DNA of 64,000 bases, taken from NCBI RefSeq assembly GCF_009914755.1, contig NC_060939.1. The stretch is one strand, 5' to 3'. Each line of letters starts with the position of its first letter. Positions within the stretch are counted from its first letter, which is position 1. This stretch comes from the human T2T-CHM13v2.0 reference genome, Homo sapiens. The translations under genes and the position numbers were made by a program. This document shows positions 37,834 through 54,006 of the stretch, one piece after another. Below the pieces are notes generated by a model. It did no database searches, had not been told where the DNA came from, and saw only the letters and a program-made list of their open reading frames with translations.

Positions 37834-39900
37834 TAACTTATCATTTTGTCTTCTAACTATTTGTTTTCATGACTAAGCCCCTCCCTGGACTGTGAGCTAT
37901 TTAAGGGCAGAGTGGATGTCATAACATATTTCATAAATTAATGCATGAATCAATGATGATCAGTGTCTGTAGTATTACAATCACTTGTAATGCTACAGAT
38001 GATATTATAGCCCTATGAATTACATAGAAAATCATTTTTATCATCCATGACTTCCATTTCAAGTCTCCCAAGAGGGAGGAAAAAGAATCTCTGCCTGTCT
38101 GGCCCCACGTGGAGTCCAAGGAATATTATAGTTCTTTTCCTTGTATTTTTCTAACGCCACTACATTTTGGGGGGCTTATCCACCTTAGTACCTACTAAGT
38201 TCAAATTTGGACTAAGTCTTTAGCTCGGTTGTGCATTTTGAACTTCATCTTAAATTGGTCATGGCCCATTGCTACTGCTTCACATTTCCTCCGTCGTGTT
38301 TTCTCTTTTATTGCTTCTATAGGTTGTGAGTTAGGATAATAAAGTCAAGATAAAATTGCTCCAAGCCATTTGCAGCTCTGGGAAGCTGGCACAGGGCTGC
38401 CAGGAGCTGGCTGGGTGCCACCAAGAGGAAAAAATATTCTTCCGTGTTGCCAGCCTTATCAGGACTCCTCACAGTTTCTTGCCAAAATTTTAGGAAAACG
38501 ATGATCTACTCCCCTGCAGCTATTCTGTATGTTTCTATAGGTGGGGAGTCTTTCAACAAGGATTTTCACTAAAAATACCTCTCATGTTTTTCCCCTGGTT
38601 TAAGACTGTAACTTGAGCTCCATATTGTGAAATACTGACATTGAGATATTAATCACTGTGCATAGTTGAGGCATCATTGTCATCATCATCAGCCACTCAC
38701 ACTAACTGAAAGTTTATAAGCTATGGAATCCCACTCAGGACGTGCTCATGAAAGAATAATTGGAGATTATTTTTTAACTGTGAAAAATGTTCTTTTGGAG
38801 GAATGAGGAATTGGGAAAATAGGAACAGATTATAGAAAGCTGGTAGGAAATCACAATTCTATTCTTTTATTTTCTTTCTGTTTGTTTTTCCAAGATAAAG
38901 GGTCTCCTTATGGTGCCCATGCTGGCCTTGAACTGGGCTCAAGTGATCCTCCCACCTCAGCCTGCCAAAGTGCTGGGATTATAGGCATGAGCCACTCTGC
39001 CTAGCCTAAAATTTTCAATTTTTTTATGGAGGTGTGGTCTCACTATGTTGTCCAGGCTGTTCTTGAACTCCTCCCTCCTCGGCCTCCCAAAGTGTTGGGA
39101 TTACAAGCATGGGCCACTGTGCCCAGCCCACACAACTCTACTCTTTTAAATATTTGCTCTACATCTGTTTGATGCCACAACAATGACTCAATTCCGACAA
39201 TTCAATTTATTTATATGGGTGTGGCTTTTTTTTCTTATTCGATGGGGGAGTTTGTCTATCTGGCATAGACAGACAAGCCAAATTTCAAATTCTTGTTTAA
39301 GTGTTGAGAAGATATGGCCATAAGCATGTCTTTACTCAGTCAATCAATTGAACTTCAATCAACAGTGCCTACTGAGCACTAACTATGTGCATGCCCAGTC
39401 CTGTGTTTGGAAGGATACAGAGAATAAGGTACCATTTCTCCCTTTTCTTTATTAATTTATAGTCTAGTCAGAATTTATAGACTAGTCAGGCAGTCCTGGG
39501 CTCAAATCCCAATGCTATAACTTAGCAGCAAAGTGGAATTTTGGCAAATGATCTAATATCTCTGCACTTCTGTCTCCTCCTCTGTCAAATGGGGTGATGA
39601 TAACACCTAATTCACAGGGCTGCTGTAGGAATCAAGGGAGATTGTGGGTGTATTCTGTGGGGTGTATCTATAAGTATTGGCTTTCTTCCCCTTCCCTTAG
39701 CCTTTAGCCTGGGGTAACCTCAGTGGAGAGGATTCCTAGAAGCCCTGTGTAAAAGCCTTCTTCTTAAGGCTAAGGGCAATTACCTCCATGGCCACGTGAA
39801 AATGGGCGCATAGTGGCTGGCTTTAAGTGAAGGCTGCAAACTGGCTGCCCACTGGCCAAAGCCAGAGTTAGACACTTCCAATTAGTCCTATATGATGTTA

Positions 39901-40230
<330 letters not shown>

Positions 40231-41644
40231 TTAAATATCAAAAGCTATTCATTAAAACCCCAATTTGGGGATTCTCTTGAAAATCGGAAGATTCTGGCTT
40301 TTGACATTTGGATGGAGCTGACCACAAGCTACTTTCTTTGGATGGGTCAAGCACTCTCCAGAGTGCTTGTGACTTCCCACAGGGAGATCAGATGTGGTAA
40401 AAGGACACCATTAGTTCAGATCTAGCCAAAGTTCAAAGCTTAAGAAAAAGAACCAAGCCAAGAATGATGAGCCAGGGCAGCCCTGATAGGACCCACCAGA
40501 AGAGTAAAGGCTTAGTTCATTTAACAAATATTATTGAGCACCTTGATGTGCAAGTCACTGCATTGGGTGCAAGTGGGAAAGAGAAAGAACATGTGTTGGG
40601 AGCCTACTATGTGTCAGGCTCTGACATGAGCTCATCTAATCCATCAACTTCTTGAGGTAGGTATTAAGATTTTTTTTTTTTTTTTTTGTAAATGAGAAAG
40701 TAGGATTAAGTGGCTAAATGGATCAGCTGCTAAGTGCTGGAGTCAGGATCCCTGTACTCTGAGGGCCTAGGTTTGTCCTCTATACCTCAAGCCTGCGAGA
40801 GCAGGATGGAATGCGTCATATGTTCCTCTGTACTGTTCCATGTGCAAACTGGGCACATGACTGTGGATTGTGTGAATTTTCTGGTGAACGATAGGACAGT
40901 TTTTCCTCTGGCTCCTGCTCTCAAGAAGATTCTAGAAGCAAAGGAGACGATGATTGCCAGACAATGACCAACCAAAGGCTGTGGGGCTCAAGGCTCTGGG
41001 AGGAGGCAGCGTGTGAACTGGGCCTTAAAAGTCAGGAAGTTTTTGATAGGCGGAGGAGGCAGGAAAGGATATGCAAGGCATGGGGACAGCCCCAGCAGAG
41101 ACACGAGGAGTAATCTGGAGTATGTGGGGCACAAGGTGGTGCATGGATGGGGCCCAAAAGTCAGGATGCAGTCAGGTCCTGGATGACCCTGGTGCAGCTA
41201 AACAATCCAGACTTCCTCCATTTCCTTCCTGGGGCCATTCCTCAGGCCCATCCTTTTCTCTGTCCCTCTTGTCCACCGGATCCTTCTGCTCCCTGCCATG
41301 GCTTCTGGAGCACAAGAGAGATGAGGGAACTCAAGCAAATGTATAAATGATTGAAGGCATTGAGAGCTCATGGTATCTAATAGGGATCTGTTTTAAAGAA
41401 CTAAATAATATCATTATATAAAGCTGACCATCTCATACGAAATGACTCTGAAATGTTACCCCTGGATATATATTCCAGTCTAGAGAAACTCATGCTCAAA
41501 ACTAATTATGGCAGCATGATTTGTAATAGCCAAAAAGTAAAAACAACCCGAATGCCCAACAATAGGAAACTGGATAAATAAATGGAGTATTGTCATAGAA
41601 TGGAATGCTTAACAGCTGTGAAGATAAATGGATTCCAGTTACAG

Positions 41645-41861
41645 CAGTGGTTCTCAAACAGGGGTGATTTTATCCTCCACCCGGGGGACATTTGGCAGTG
41701 TCTGGAGACATTTTCAGTTGTTACAACTGGAGGGATGTTACTAGCACCTAATGAGTAAAGGCCAGGGATGCTGTTAAACATCCTACAATGTACTGCACAG
41801 CCCCTCATAACAAACGATTATCCAGCCCAAAATGTCATAGCATCCAGGTTAAGAAACCTTG
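41645..41861 (+). mobile_element. MER20 (hAT-Charlie) MITE
   Basis: CAGTGGTTCTCAA..GGGACATTTGGCA.TGTCTGGAGACATTTT..AAGAAACCTTG, 217 bp. Perfect 8-bp TSD AGTTACAG. Confidence 0.92.
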
Positions 41862-42021
41862 AGTTACAGTCATTAAAATGGATGACCCTCATAATGTTGA
41901 GCACAGAAAGCAAGTTGCAGAAGAATATATATACAGTATAATACTATTTTTTAAAATTCAAAAGTAAGCAAAAAAGAAAGAATACATTGTTTAGGAATTA
42001 CACATATACAGTAAAATTATG

Positions 42022-42535
42022 CTGTGATTTCAGAATCCACATTGCAACTATCCTTTAAGAAAGTATCACTTAATGAGTTTTAGTGTGATATCAAAGAGGA
42101 ATATCCACAATTATTTGAAAAAGCTGTTAAAATACTCCTCCTTGTCCCTCTACAGATCTGTGTGAGGCTGGATTGTCTTCATGTACCTCAATCAAAACAA
42201 TATAGGGTTGCAACAGATTGAATGCAGAAGCAGATAGGAGAATTCAGCTATCTTCTGTTAGCCAAACATTGAAGATATTTGCAAAAATCTAAAACAATGC
42301 CACTCTTCTATATTTTTGTGGAAAATATAGTTATTTTCCATAAAATATGTTATTTATGTTCAACATGTGATGAGTTTGTTGTTTTTAGAAGAATAAATAA
42401 TAAATGTTCTGTTTTAATTTCTGATACTGTAAATGTTGACAGATATAGCCCACGTAAACAAAGTTTCTAGGATCCTCAATAAATTTTAAGAGCTTAAAAG
42501 GATCCTGAGACCAAAATTTTCAGAACAGTTGCCCT
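42022..42535 (+). mobile_element. Charlie1-family hAT transposon 3' fragment
   Basis: CAACAGATTGAATGCAGAAGCAGATA.GAGAAT.CAGCT..GATCCTGAGACCAAAA motifs. Confidence 0.75.
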
Positions 42536-42944
42536 AGTCTAAGACAGATCTATTTCCTTTATCTCCTTTCCCATTTTGTACGCTGGAAGAGTTCCATTTA
42601 GTGAGCGCCATATTGAGTTTGCTTTCCATTAATAATACCTCAGTTATGGCTCATTTGTAAGTAACATGAAACAGTTATGAAATTCACATGGCTTGGTACC
42701 TCAGCCTTTGACTCCTGGGCTCTACCTCCAGTAAATAACTAAAAAGATTTTTTCCAAATTTATTTTCTTCCTCCTCCTTTCTTTGTATTTTTTTGTCATT
42801 CCATAAACATCATAGAACACCCTTTAATAATAGATAAAATTAGTTAATTTTAATCAAATATTTACCTTACCAAGACACTGTACTTTATATGAGTTATGTC
42901 ATTTAAGCCCTCAAAAACCACATGAGGCAGATATTATTTCCACT

Positions 42945-43241
42945 ATTTTTTTTTTAAGAGACATAATCTTGCTCTGTCACCCAAGGCTGGAATACGGTGG
43001 CGTAATCATAGCTCGCTGCAGCCTTGAACTCCAGGGCCCAAACAATCCTCCTGTCCCAGCCTTTTGAGTAGCTAGAGCTACAGGCATGCACCAGCATGCC
43101 CGGCTAATTTTTAACATTTTTTGGTAGAGGCAAGGTCCCGCTATATTGACCAAGCTGGTCTCAAACTCCTGGCCTCAAGCATTGCTCTCACCTCAGCTTT
43201 CCAAAATGCTAGGATTACAGGCATGAGCCACCACGCCCAGC
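42945..43241 (-). mobile_element. AluJ within a MIR
   Basis: Reverse dimer. MIR core (ATTTTGCA..GAAAACTGA) continues after it. Confidence 0.85.
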
Positions 43242-44329
43242 ATTTATTCTCATTTTGCAAGTGAAAAACTGAAAGTTAAATGAGTGAATTGACTTGCTCA
43301 AGGTTGTGCAGGTAGCAGTGATGGAATCAAGACGTGGCCCCTGGCATAGTGGACTGCAGACCTGGCGGGTTTAGCCCCTATCCCGCAATCATGATCATGC
43401 TTGAGAGGGATGTGAATACGTTCATAAGATATATTCACTGTTGTCAAGGAGCTTATAGTCTAGCAGCAAGGATTAAACAATTTTGCAAACATTTGGTAAT
43501 TTAAAATTCATTTTTTATCCTGTCTTCTTCAATAAAAACAAATTTTTAATGAAACTGATCAGTACCAAAGGGAAAAACACATTTTTAAGAGCTTTAGTGA
43601 TTTGTATTCACTAGGAGAATACTGTCTGATTCTCCCAAGGATTTGAGAATATTATCAATCATTCACTAAGGGTTGAGCAGAGCATTGGAGGAAAAAAAAA
43701 AAAACACAAAAATAGGCTTAGTACTCCAAGAGCCTATGGGTGGGAGGTGGTGAAGCTCACAAATAGCTACAATATTAGGGAGAATGAGGCGAATTCAATA
43801 CAAGAGGCATACCGTCTTTACCAGATGGATAGAACACATCTGAATGCGGCAACTAGGAAAGGCTTCTCAGAAGAGGTGGTGTCTGAAGGGTGGGCTGGAT
43901 TGGGGCAGAAAGAGATGGTAGGAGATGGGAAATCTAGGTGGGCAGAAGGATATGTTCAATTTCCTAAGCTTGGCCTCTCTGGAAGCAGACCATGAGGAAG
44001 AGTTTATTAGGGATCAACAGCCATGAAAGGAAGGAGAGAAAGGAGGATGAACAAAGGAAGAAGTAAAATTGCAATCCAGGCTTGATAAAGCCTGCCAACC
44101 AGGTGGGGAAATCTGTGGGAAGTAGTGCCTGGCAGAGTTGTTCCAGATCAGGTTAAAATGATCAGGCCCTGATATAGTTTGGATATGTGTCCCCTCTAAA
44201 TTTCATGCTAAATTGTAATCCCCAGTGTTGGAGGTGGGGCTTGGTGGGAAGTGATTGGATGATGGGGGTGGATTTCCCTGGAATGGTTTAGTACCATCCA
44301 TTTGGTGCTGTCCGCATGGCGGTGAGTGA

Positions 44330-44707
<378 letters not shown>

Positions 44708-46310
44708 AACAGTGAGTGAGTTCTTACAAGATCTGGTTGTTTAAAAGTGTGTGCCACCTTCCTCCCCAACTCTCTCTTGTTCCTGCTCTGCTGTGTGACA
44801 TGCCTCCTCCTGTTTTGTCTTCTGCCATGAGAAAAAGCTCTTTGAGGCCTTCCCAGAAGCTGAGAAGCTGCTGGCATCATGCTTCCTGTATAGCCTGCAG
44901 AAGCATGAGCTGATGAAACTTCTTTTCTTTATAAGTTACCCAGTATCAGGTATTTCTTTATAGCAACGCAAGAATGGCCTAACACAGTATATTGATACTA
45001 AGGAGTAAGGTATTGCTATAAAGATACTTGAAAATGTAGAAGCAACTTTGGAACTGGGTATCAGGCAGAAGTTGGAAGAGTTTGGAGGGCTCAGAAGAAG
45101 ACAGGAAGATGAAGGAAAATGAGGAACTTATTGGGAACAGGAGCAAAGGTCACCCTTGCTATGCCTCAGCAAAGAGATTGGCTGCATTCTATTCATGGCC
45201 TAGGGATCTGTGGAAGTTTGAGCTTCAGAATGATGATTTAGGGTACCTGGTGGAAGAAATTTCTAAGCAACAAAGTGTTCAATATGTGGCACGGCTGCTT
45301 CTAACAACCTGTACTCAGATTCAGGAACAAAGAAATGACTTAAAGTTGGAATATATATATATATATTTTAAAGGGAAGCAGAGCATAAAAGTTTGGAAAA
45401 TTTCTAGCCTGGCCATGTGGCAAAGTAAGAAAAAGCTCTTTTAGGGGAGGAGTTCAAGCAGGCTGTGGAACTACTTGCTAGAGATATTTGCCTAACTAAA
45501 AGGGAGTCAAGAGCTAATATCCAAGAAAATGGGGGAAAAGGCCTCAAAGGCATTTCAGAGATCTTCATGGCAGCCCCTCCTATTACAGGCCCAGAGACCT
45601 AGGAAGGAAGAATGCTTTCACGGACTAGGCCCAGGGCCCCACTGTCCTGCACAGCCTTGGAACACTGTTCCCCACCTTCAGCTCCAGCCATGGCTCAAAG
45701 GGGCCCAGGTACAGCTCAGGCTACCACTTTGAATAATGCAAGCTGTAAGCCTTGGTGGCTTCCAAGTGGTGTTAAGCCTGCAGTTGAACAGAGTGTGAGA
45801 GTGGTGGAGGCTTGGTGGCCTCTGCCTAGATTTCAGAGGATGTATGGAAAAGCTTGGGCATCCAGGAAGCAGCCTATTGCAGGAGTGGAGCCCTCACAGA
45901 GAACCTCTTCTAGGGCAGTGTCAAGAGGAAATATAGGATTGGAGGCCCCACACAAAGTCCCTGCTAGGGCACTGACTAGTGGAACTGTGGGAAGAGGGCC
46001 ACAGTCTTCTAGACCCCAGAATGGTAGATCCACCCACAGCTTGCACTCTCAGCTTGGAAAAGCCACAGGCACTCAACTCTAGCCCATGAGAGCAGCCTCG
46101 GGGCTGAACCCTGCAAAGCCACAGAGGCAGAGTTGCCCAAGGCCTTGGGGGCTTACCCCTCATATCAGTGTGCCCTGTATGTAGTACATAGAGTCAAAAG
46201 AGATGAGTTTGGAGCTTTAAGATTTAATGACTGCCCTTCTGTGTTCTGGACTTGTGTGGGGCCTGTAGCCCTTTTCTTTTGACTGATTTCTCCCCTTTGG
46301 AATGGGAATG

Positions 46311-47370
46311 TGTTGCGGGAAGTCAGGGACCCCAAATGGAGGGACTGGCTGAAGCCATGGCAGAAGAACGTGGATTGTGAAGATTTCATGGACATTTATT
46401 AGTTCCCCAAATTAATACTTTTATAATTTCTTATGCCTGTCTTTACTGCAATCTCTAAACATAAATTGTAAAGATTTCATGGACACTTATCACTTCCCCA
46501 ATCAATACCCTTCTGATTTCCTATGCCTGTCTTTACTTTAATCTCTTAATCCTGTCAGCTGAGGAAGATGTATGTCACCCCAGGACCATGTGATAATTGC
46601 ATTAACTGCACAAATTGTATAGCATGTGTGTTTGAGCAATATGAAATCTGGGCACCTTGAAAAAAGAACACGATAACAGCAATTGTTCAGGGAATAAGAG
46701 AGATAAACTTAAACTCTGACCACCAGTGAGCCGGGCGGAACAGAGCCATATTTCTTTTCTTTCAAAAGCAAATGGGAGAAATATTGCTGAATTCTTTTTC
46801 TCAGCAAGGAACATCCCTGAGAAAGAATGCGCACCTTGGGGTAGGCCTATGAACGGCCCCCTTGGGCGTAGCCATCTCTTATGGTCGAGACTGCAGGGGT
46901 GAAATAGACCCGTCTCCCATAGTGCTCCCAGGCTTATTAGGAAGAGGAAATTCCTGCCTAATAAATTTTGGTCAGACCGGTTGCTCTCAAAACCTTGTCT
47001 CCTGATGTTATCAATGACAATGGTGCCCGAAACTTCATTAGCAATTTTAATTTCGCCTCGGTCCTGTGGTCCTGTGATCTCACCCTGCCTCCACTTGCCT
47101 TGTGATATTCTATTACCTTGTAGAGTACTTGATGTCTGTGACCCACACCTATTCGCACACTCTCTCCCTTTTTGAAAATCCCTAATAAAAACTTGCTGGT
47201 TTTTGCAGCTTGTGGGGCATCACAGAACCTACTGACATGTGATGTCTCCCCTGGATGTCCAGCTTTAAAATTTCTCTCTTTTGTACTCTGTCCCTTTATT
47301 TCTCAAGCTCGCTGACGTTTAAGGAAAATAGAAAAGAACCTATGTGAATATCGGGGCAGATTCCCCGATA
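46311..47370 (+). mobile_element. MER11 (MER11C-like, HERV-K11/HML-8) solo LTR nested in MSTA-int
   Basis: Starts TGTTGCGGGAAGTCAGGGACCCC, ends ..GATTCCCCGATA, 1060 bp. Perfect 6-bp TSD GGAATG (46305-46310, 47371-47376), typical of ERVK. Confidence 0.92.
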
Positions 47371-49046
47371 GGAATGTTTACCCAATGCCTATATCCCCAT
47401 TGTATCTTAGAAGTAAATAACTTGTTTTTTTTATTTTACTGGCTCATAGGTAGAAGGGACTTGCCTTGTCTCAGATGAGACTTTGGACTTTGGACTTTTG
47501 AGTTAATGCTGGAATGAGTTAAGACTTTGGGGGACTGTTGGGAAGGCATGACTGTATTTTACAACGTGAAAACAACATGAGATTTGAGGGGCCAGAGGTG
47601 GAGTGATATAATTTGAATATGTGTCCCTCTAAATTTCATATCAAACTGTAATCCCTAAGGTTGATGGTGGGCCTGATGGGAAGTGGTTGGATCACGAGGC
47701 CAGATTTCTCTTAAATGATTAACACCATCCCCTTGGTGCTGTCCTTCAGACAGTGAGTTCTCATGAGATCTGGTTGTTTAAAAGTGTGTGGCACCTTCTT
47801 CCCGACTCTGTCTCTTACTCCTGCTCTGGCATGTGAGGGTGCCTGTTCCCACTTCACCTTCCACCCTAAGTAAAAGCTCCTTGAGGCCTCCCCAGAAATG
47901 GAGCAGATGCTGACATCATTCTTCCTGTACAGCCTACAGAACTGTGAACCTATTAAATCCAGCCAAACCATATCAGTTACCCAGTCTCAGGTATTTCTTG
48001 ATAGCAATGCAAGTATGGCCTAACACAGGCTCTTACCCCCATCTCACTCAGTTTAACCATAGGGCACCTATAAGCCGCCACAGGGCATGCCCACAGTTGA
48101 GGTGACTCTCTGCAGCTGAGGCAAGGACTCTGCTTTGGGAAGAATAACCCTGTGGCAGCTTGTAGGAGAGATTTGAGGCCAAAGGTGTGTAGGTTTATCC
48201 TTGTTTTTTGTTTGGTTGGTTTTTTTTGTTTGTTTGTTTGGTTTTTTTTTGTTTGTTTGTTTTTGTCTAGCTCCTCTTCTCTAAGAATGGCCCTACCTCT
48301 TCCACATGGCAATGATGCTCATACAGGGGTAGGGGACTGACACAACTGGGCAAGTCAGAGTTCCTTGCATGGGGATTTGTAATTGAGCCAAGGAGATTTC
48401 AGCCCCTATCAGGTCTGGTCTCTTGAATGCAGATGTAAAACTTTATGGAGTAATGGCCATGTTCTCTACCATGGGGTCTGAGTAACAGGAGAAAGAGGTA
48501 CAGACTGAAATCACTGAGGACACAGAGAGATGCACCAAAAGAGCTGGAGTGACTTTCTTGTCCTTGACTCCAGCATTTTTTTTTGAAGTTTCATAGGTCA
48601 TCCCTGAAATCTTTCAATAAATCTTTCTGGCCAGTCTTTTTTCTTTTTCTTTCTCTCTTTTAAAAAAATTTGTCCATTTCCATTACTGGCTTCTGTTTCC
48701 AAAAAGGTCCTGATTGAGAGATTAGTTGGGAACTATCAGACTAAGAAATGCCAGGTGCCTTAACATAGGGGCCAGCAATGGGAATGGAAGGAGGATTGAT
48801 TTGAGAAGTATTTAGTTTAGCAGCAAATTGAATATGGAGGGAGCAAAAAAGAGAAAAGAGGAAGAGCTTTGGTGCCTTGTGAATGTGAGGATGGCAGTCC
48901 TAGAAACTGAAAGAGGGAAGTCCAGAAGAAGAGCTGGTTTGGAAGTGGGGCGGGGCATGGTGATTTCAGAGTAGCTTCTGCTGGTGGGTGCTCCACAAGT
49001 CCCTGGCATCACTCCAGCCTTCCTCCTGTCTGAATACAATGCTTCT

Positions 49047-49225
<179 letters not shown>

Positions 49226-49374
49226 AATACAATGCTTCTAAACAACCTCCCTACCTCCAATAGACTCTATACTGAATCCCAAACTTCCATAACTCCATTC
49301 TGGTATACCCAATCATCTAGCCCAAGGAAGGATCTTATAACCCTTACAGTCTGAGGGAATTGAAGACAATTCTT

Positions 49375-50190
49375 TCCATTCATGTATTTAATCATTTATT
49401 CCATAACATTCAACAAACATTTGTGTGCCAGATCCTGGGACACAAAGAAGATGAAGGAAATGTCCCTGGATCACAATCTAACAAGACAGATAAACCAGCT
49501 ATGATAGAGTGATACACGAAGACTGGTTGGAACTCTCAGGAGGGACATCTAACTGGGAGGAATCAGGGCAGGCTTCATACAGAAAGTAAATTTTAAATCA
49601 GATTTTAAAGACTAGGAAAGATTTATCCAGTTGGAGAAGTAGGAAATGACATTCCAGATGGAAGGAAGCATGGAGGAAGCAGTTCAGTGTGGCTAGAGCT
49701 CAGGATAGATGAGAGGAGGGATGAGGCCGGAAAGGCTCTGTTGGGCTAAGGAGGCTGGCTTTGATCTTGTATGTGGTGGGAAAAAGCAAATGATTTTTTG
49801 ATCTGGACTATATCGTGATCAGGGACACTTTCATTTTAAAGTAAACTTTTATTTAAATATACAGATGGAAAACTACACAAAGCATAACCTACATCTTGAT
49901 GAATTTTCGCGAAGTCAACGTATCCACATACCCAAGAACCCAAATCAAGAAACAGAACAAGGCCAACCTCCCAGAAGCCCCTTTTGGTCGCTGCCCCTTC
50001 CCAAGGACACACATGTGTTTGCAAAAATCTTCTCTAGTAGCAGCACAAAAGATGGGTTGGAGAGGTCAGAACTAAAGACAGAAATGTTCTAGGAGGCAAC
50101 AGCAATAGCCCACGTGAAAGAGGCTGAGGCCTGATCCCAGGCAGTGACGGCAGAAAAGGAGAACAAAGGGCTGTGAATGTGATAGAATGA
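49375..50190 (-). mobile_element. L2 LINE fragment
   Basis: CATTCAACAAACATTT..TGTGCCAG..CAGGGCAGGCTTC..GACATTCCAG motifs. Confidence 0.65.
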
Positions 50191-50285
50191 CAATATCCCC
50201 TCCCAGGAATTCACAATATGCATTTACTCCTCCAGGCAACTGTGATCTGACCCTGAGAATTTCCAGTAGCTTCCCTTGTAATTTA

Positions 50286-50951
<666 letters not shown>

Positions 50952-51444
50952 TATAAGTAAGGGGAGCTGCATGTCACAGTGATGCCACTTTTAAAGGGAG
51001 TACTTTGGGCAACTTTCTGGCATTGTTTAAAAACAACAACAAAAACCCAACTGGACCTTGTAATGAGAGACTACAAATCCTTCCTGGGGATTGTTAGCCT
51101 GGAAGAGTCTTTTTGCAGGTTGGAACTGCTCACTGAGGCACACTGGCAGAGCTATGTGGCACCAACTCAAGTCGTTTAACTTCACGAACACCCACACAAT
51201 ATTAGAGGGAAAGAAATTTTAAAAGCAAAAGAAAAAAAAAATCCGGTTAATTGCCATACATGTTTTTGCAATCCTGACACAGTAATAACTTGCCTGTAAA
51301 CACCTCCCTTGAAGAATTGGCTAATAGGATGTACAGTACATGGCAAAGGAAATTGTTTATTCAACGAAGACTTTCAAAAGGGGCTGTCGATTCTTCTTAT
51401 GAATTTGTGATGACTCTGTAAGATTGGAGAGGATAAAGGGACAA

Positions 51445-51743
<299 letters not shown>

Positions 51744-53625
51744 AAAGGGACAACTTTCTAAGGGTGTAGAGTGGAATAGATTTATGTGAAATAGAAATGT
51801 CCTGTGGCTTTGGTTGTTTTATCTGTAAAATGAAGGCACTGGGATAGACCTGTGGTTTTTTATTTTGTCCTGTAGAAGTGGGTCCCTAGACCTCTCTTGC
51901 CACTACATCCTCCCTGCTTTAACTAGAGTGCCTCTGCTCTCACCTGCTTTTTGGGTTGCCATGTAAGTTGTTGTTTGAAAAGAGGGATTGCATAACTGAA
52001 ACAAGATTGGAAAACCACTGGATGAGATGACTTCCAAGGTGCCCTATTGCTCTAAAATTGTAGGAATTCATCTCTTGTCTGACTTGTGGAAGGTGCTGAA
52101 GATACAAAGATTTAAAAAATAACTCCTACCCACAACAAATTCATGAGTGTAAGATATGCATGTTGATTGGGTGGGGGGGGTGGGGGTGTGAAACAACATC
52201 TATAGTATCAGTGATAGTAACATGGCAAGACCTAAAATGAAGGTATGACTCAAACATTTGGGGGAGAAGATTTTGGAAGGTTTTTGGAGAAGGCGACATT
52301 TAAGTGGATATTAAATGAATAGTAGGAGCTCCCCAGGTATAGAAAGAGGGAGGAGGAGGTATTGGAGACAGAGAGATCAGCATAAGCAAAGTCACGGAGG
52401 CTATAAGATGGTGCATGGTTAGGGAATTAACTATATTCATTATGCTCATTATGTTCCCTGCATACCCATGGAGCATAGTTAGAAGTGGCCAAGAGGGATG
52501 CTGAATGACACTGAATAGACTAGAGGAGCCCCTCCCGAACTGTTGCCTTCTAGGAGCTCTTTGGGGGTTGATGCTGGTTTCTGCAACTATGTGACCAACT
52601 AACAATAAGACTGTTTAATCATTGACTGCACCACACCCTACTTCTATTATTTTGTAACTCCACTGGGGTAAATAATCAAGGAATGTGTTGATAAGATGAT
52701 GGGTGGGGCCTCAAGGAAAGCCTAGAATAAGAGGAGTCATAGCTACCTGCCCTGGTGGCCAGAGCCAGGGCCAGGACTCTCCTCTAGGCCAAGAGGACTG
52801 CTTCAGGCTACAGGCCAGGTGCCCTTCCACCAATAAGACTTTGTGTTTAGCTCTCAAGCCCATTGTCTGGGAGAGGGAAGACTTCCAGTGATGATGAGGG
52901 AGAGTCAGTTTCTCCAAGATAGGGAAGGGACTGAGTATTTAGAGGTAGTGGGTCCATGGGTGTTGGATTCCTGAACATCCATTGACACGCAATGCCCCAG
53001 ACTGAGGGTAGCTACGTGCTGAGCCTAGGAAAACTGGACCTCAGACGCTGTGGAATGAAAGTGTGAATGAAAGATCTTTGGGCCCTGCTTGAGTTGGAGG
53101 GAATGGAGCTGCCTCACAAGTTGGACAAGGAGCATCTCGGCAGTGACCAACATGGACCCGGAGGGGCGTTTCCTAAACCTTCTGGCCTTTTTGTCTTCCT
53201 GGGATTCCTGTACAATTCTAGGAAGGAAAACCCTCAATAATCTGCTCTCCTGAAAAAATGGATGCTCAAAACCCATTTAATTTGATTTAGAAAGAGAATG
53301 AGATGTGATGTTTCCTGCATCTAAATATTGTGGAGCAAATGCTTGCCACTATAATGGCTTTTCAATGGGTGTCAGACACAACCAGACCTGTATTTTGGAA
53401 AGATCACTCTGGCAGCTGAAGGAGGATGTGCTGCGGGGCAGAGACTGACTGTGGGGAGACGAGCCACAAAGCCATTATGGCAGTGCAGGAGAGGCGGGGA
53501 AGGAGCAAGGGCAGTAGAGACGGAGATTCACAGTTGGTTGGGGACACATTTTGGAGGCAGAATGCACTGGTCTTGGCAACCAATTAAAATAATAAATGCT
53601 AAGAGGGAGCATTTATCTAGTCTAT

Positions 53626-54006
53626 AACAGTGGTTTGCAACTTGACAGTGCATTAGAATTGCCTGGGAATCTTTTAAACCTCCCCTCCCCACAAAGCCCA
53701 GGCCACACCTCAGATCAATTAAGTCTGCATCACTGCCTGTGGTACCCAGCCACACATTTCCCTTCCCACATCCCCCTACTCTGTTGCTCAGGCTGGAGTG
53801 CAGCAGAGCAATCATGGCTCACTGCAGCCTCAACCTCCCAAGGTCAAGCAATCCTCCCACCTCAGCCTCCTGAGTAGCTGGGGATATATGCATGTGCCAC
53901 TACACCTGGCTAATTTTTTTTTTTTTTTTTGGTAGAGTCATGTTCTCACTATGTTGCCCAGGCTTGCATGTATTTTTGAATGAAGCCAAGATTGAGAACC
54001 ACTGCA
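53626..54006 (+). mobile_element. MER5A-like MITE interrupted by a tailless reverse Alu fragment (~53778-53965)
   Basis: CAGTGGTTT.CAACTT...TGCATTAGAAT..CCTGGG and the terminus TTGAGAACCACTG. Confidence 0.65.

Noticed and set aside
45082-46395. Cluster of 66-156 aa ORFs
   Set aside because: Fragments of the decayed MaLR internal region. No intact gag, pol or env.
46375-46545. Direct repeats AAGATTTCATGGACA and TATGCCTGTCTTTACT
   Set aside because: Intrinsic internal duplication of the MER11 LTR as recalled. Not a CRISPR-like array or a novel repeat.
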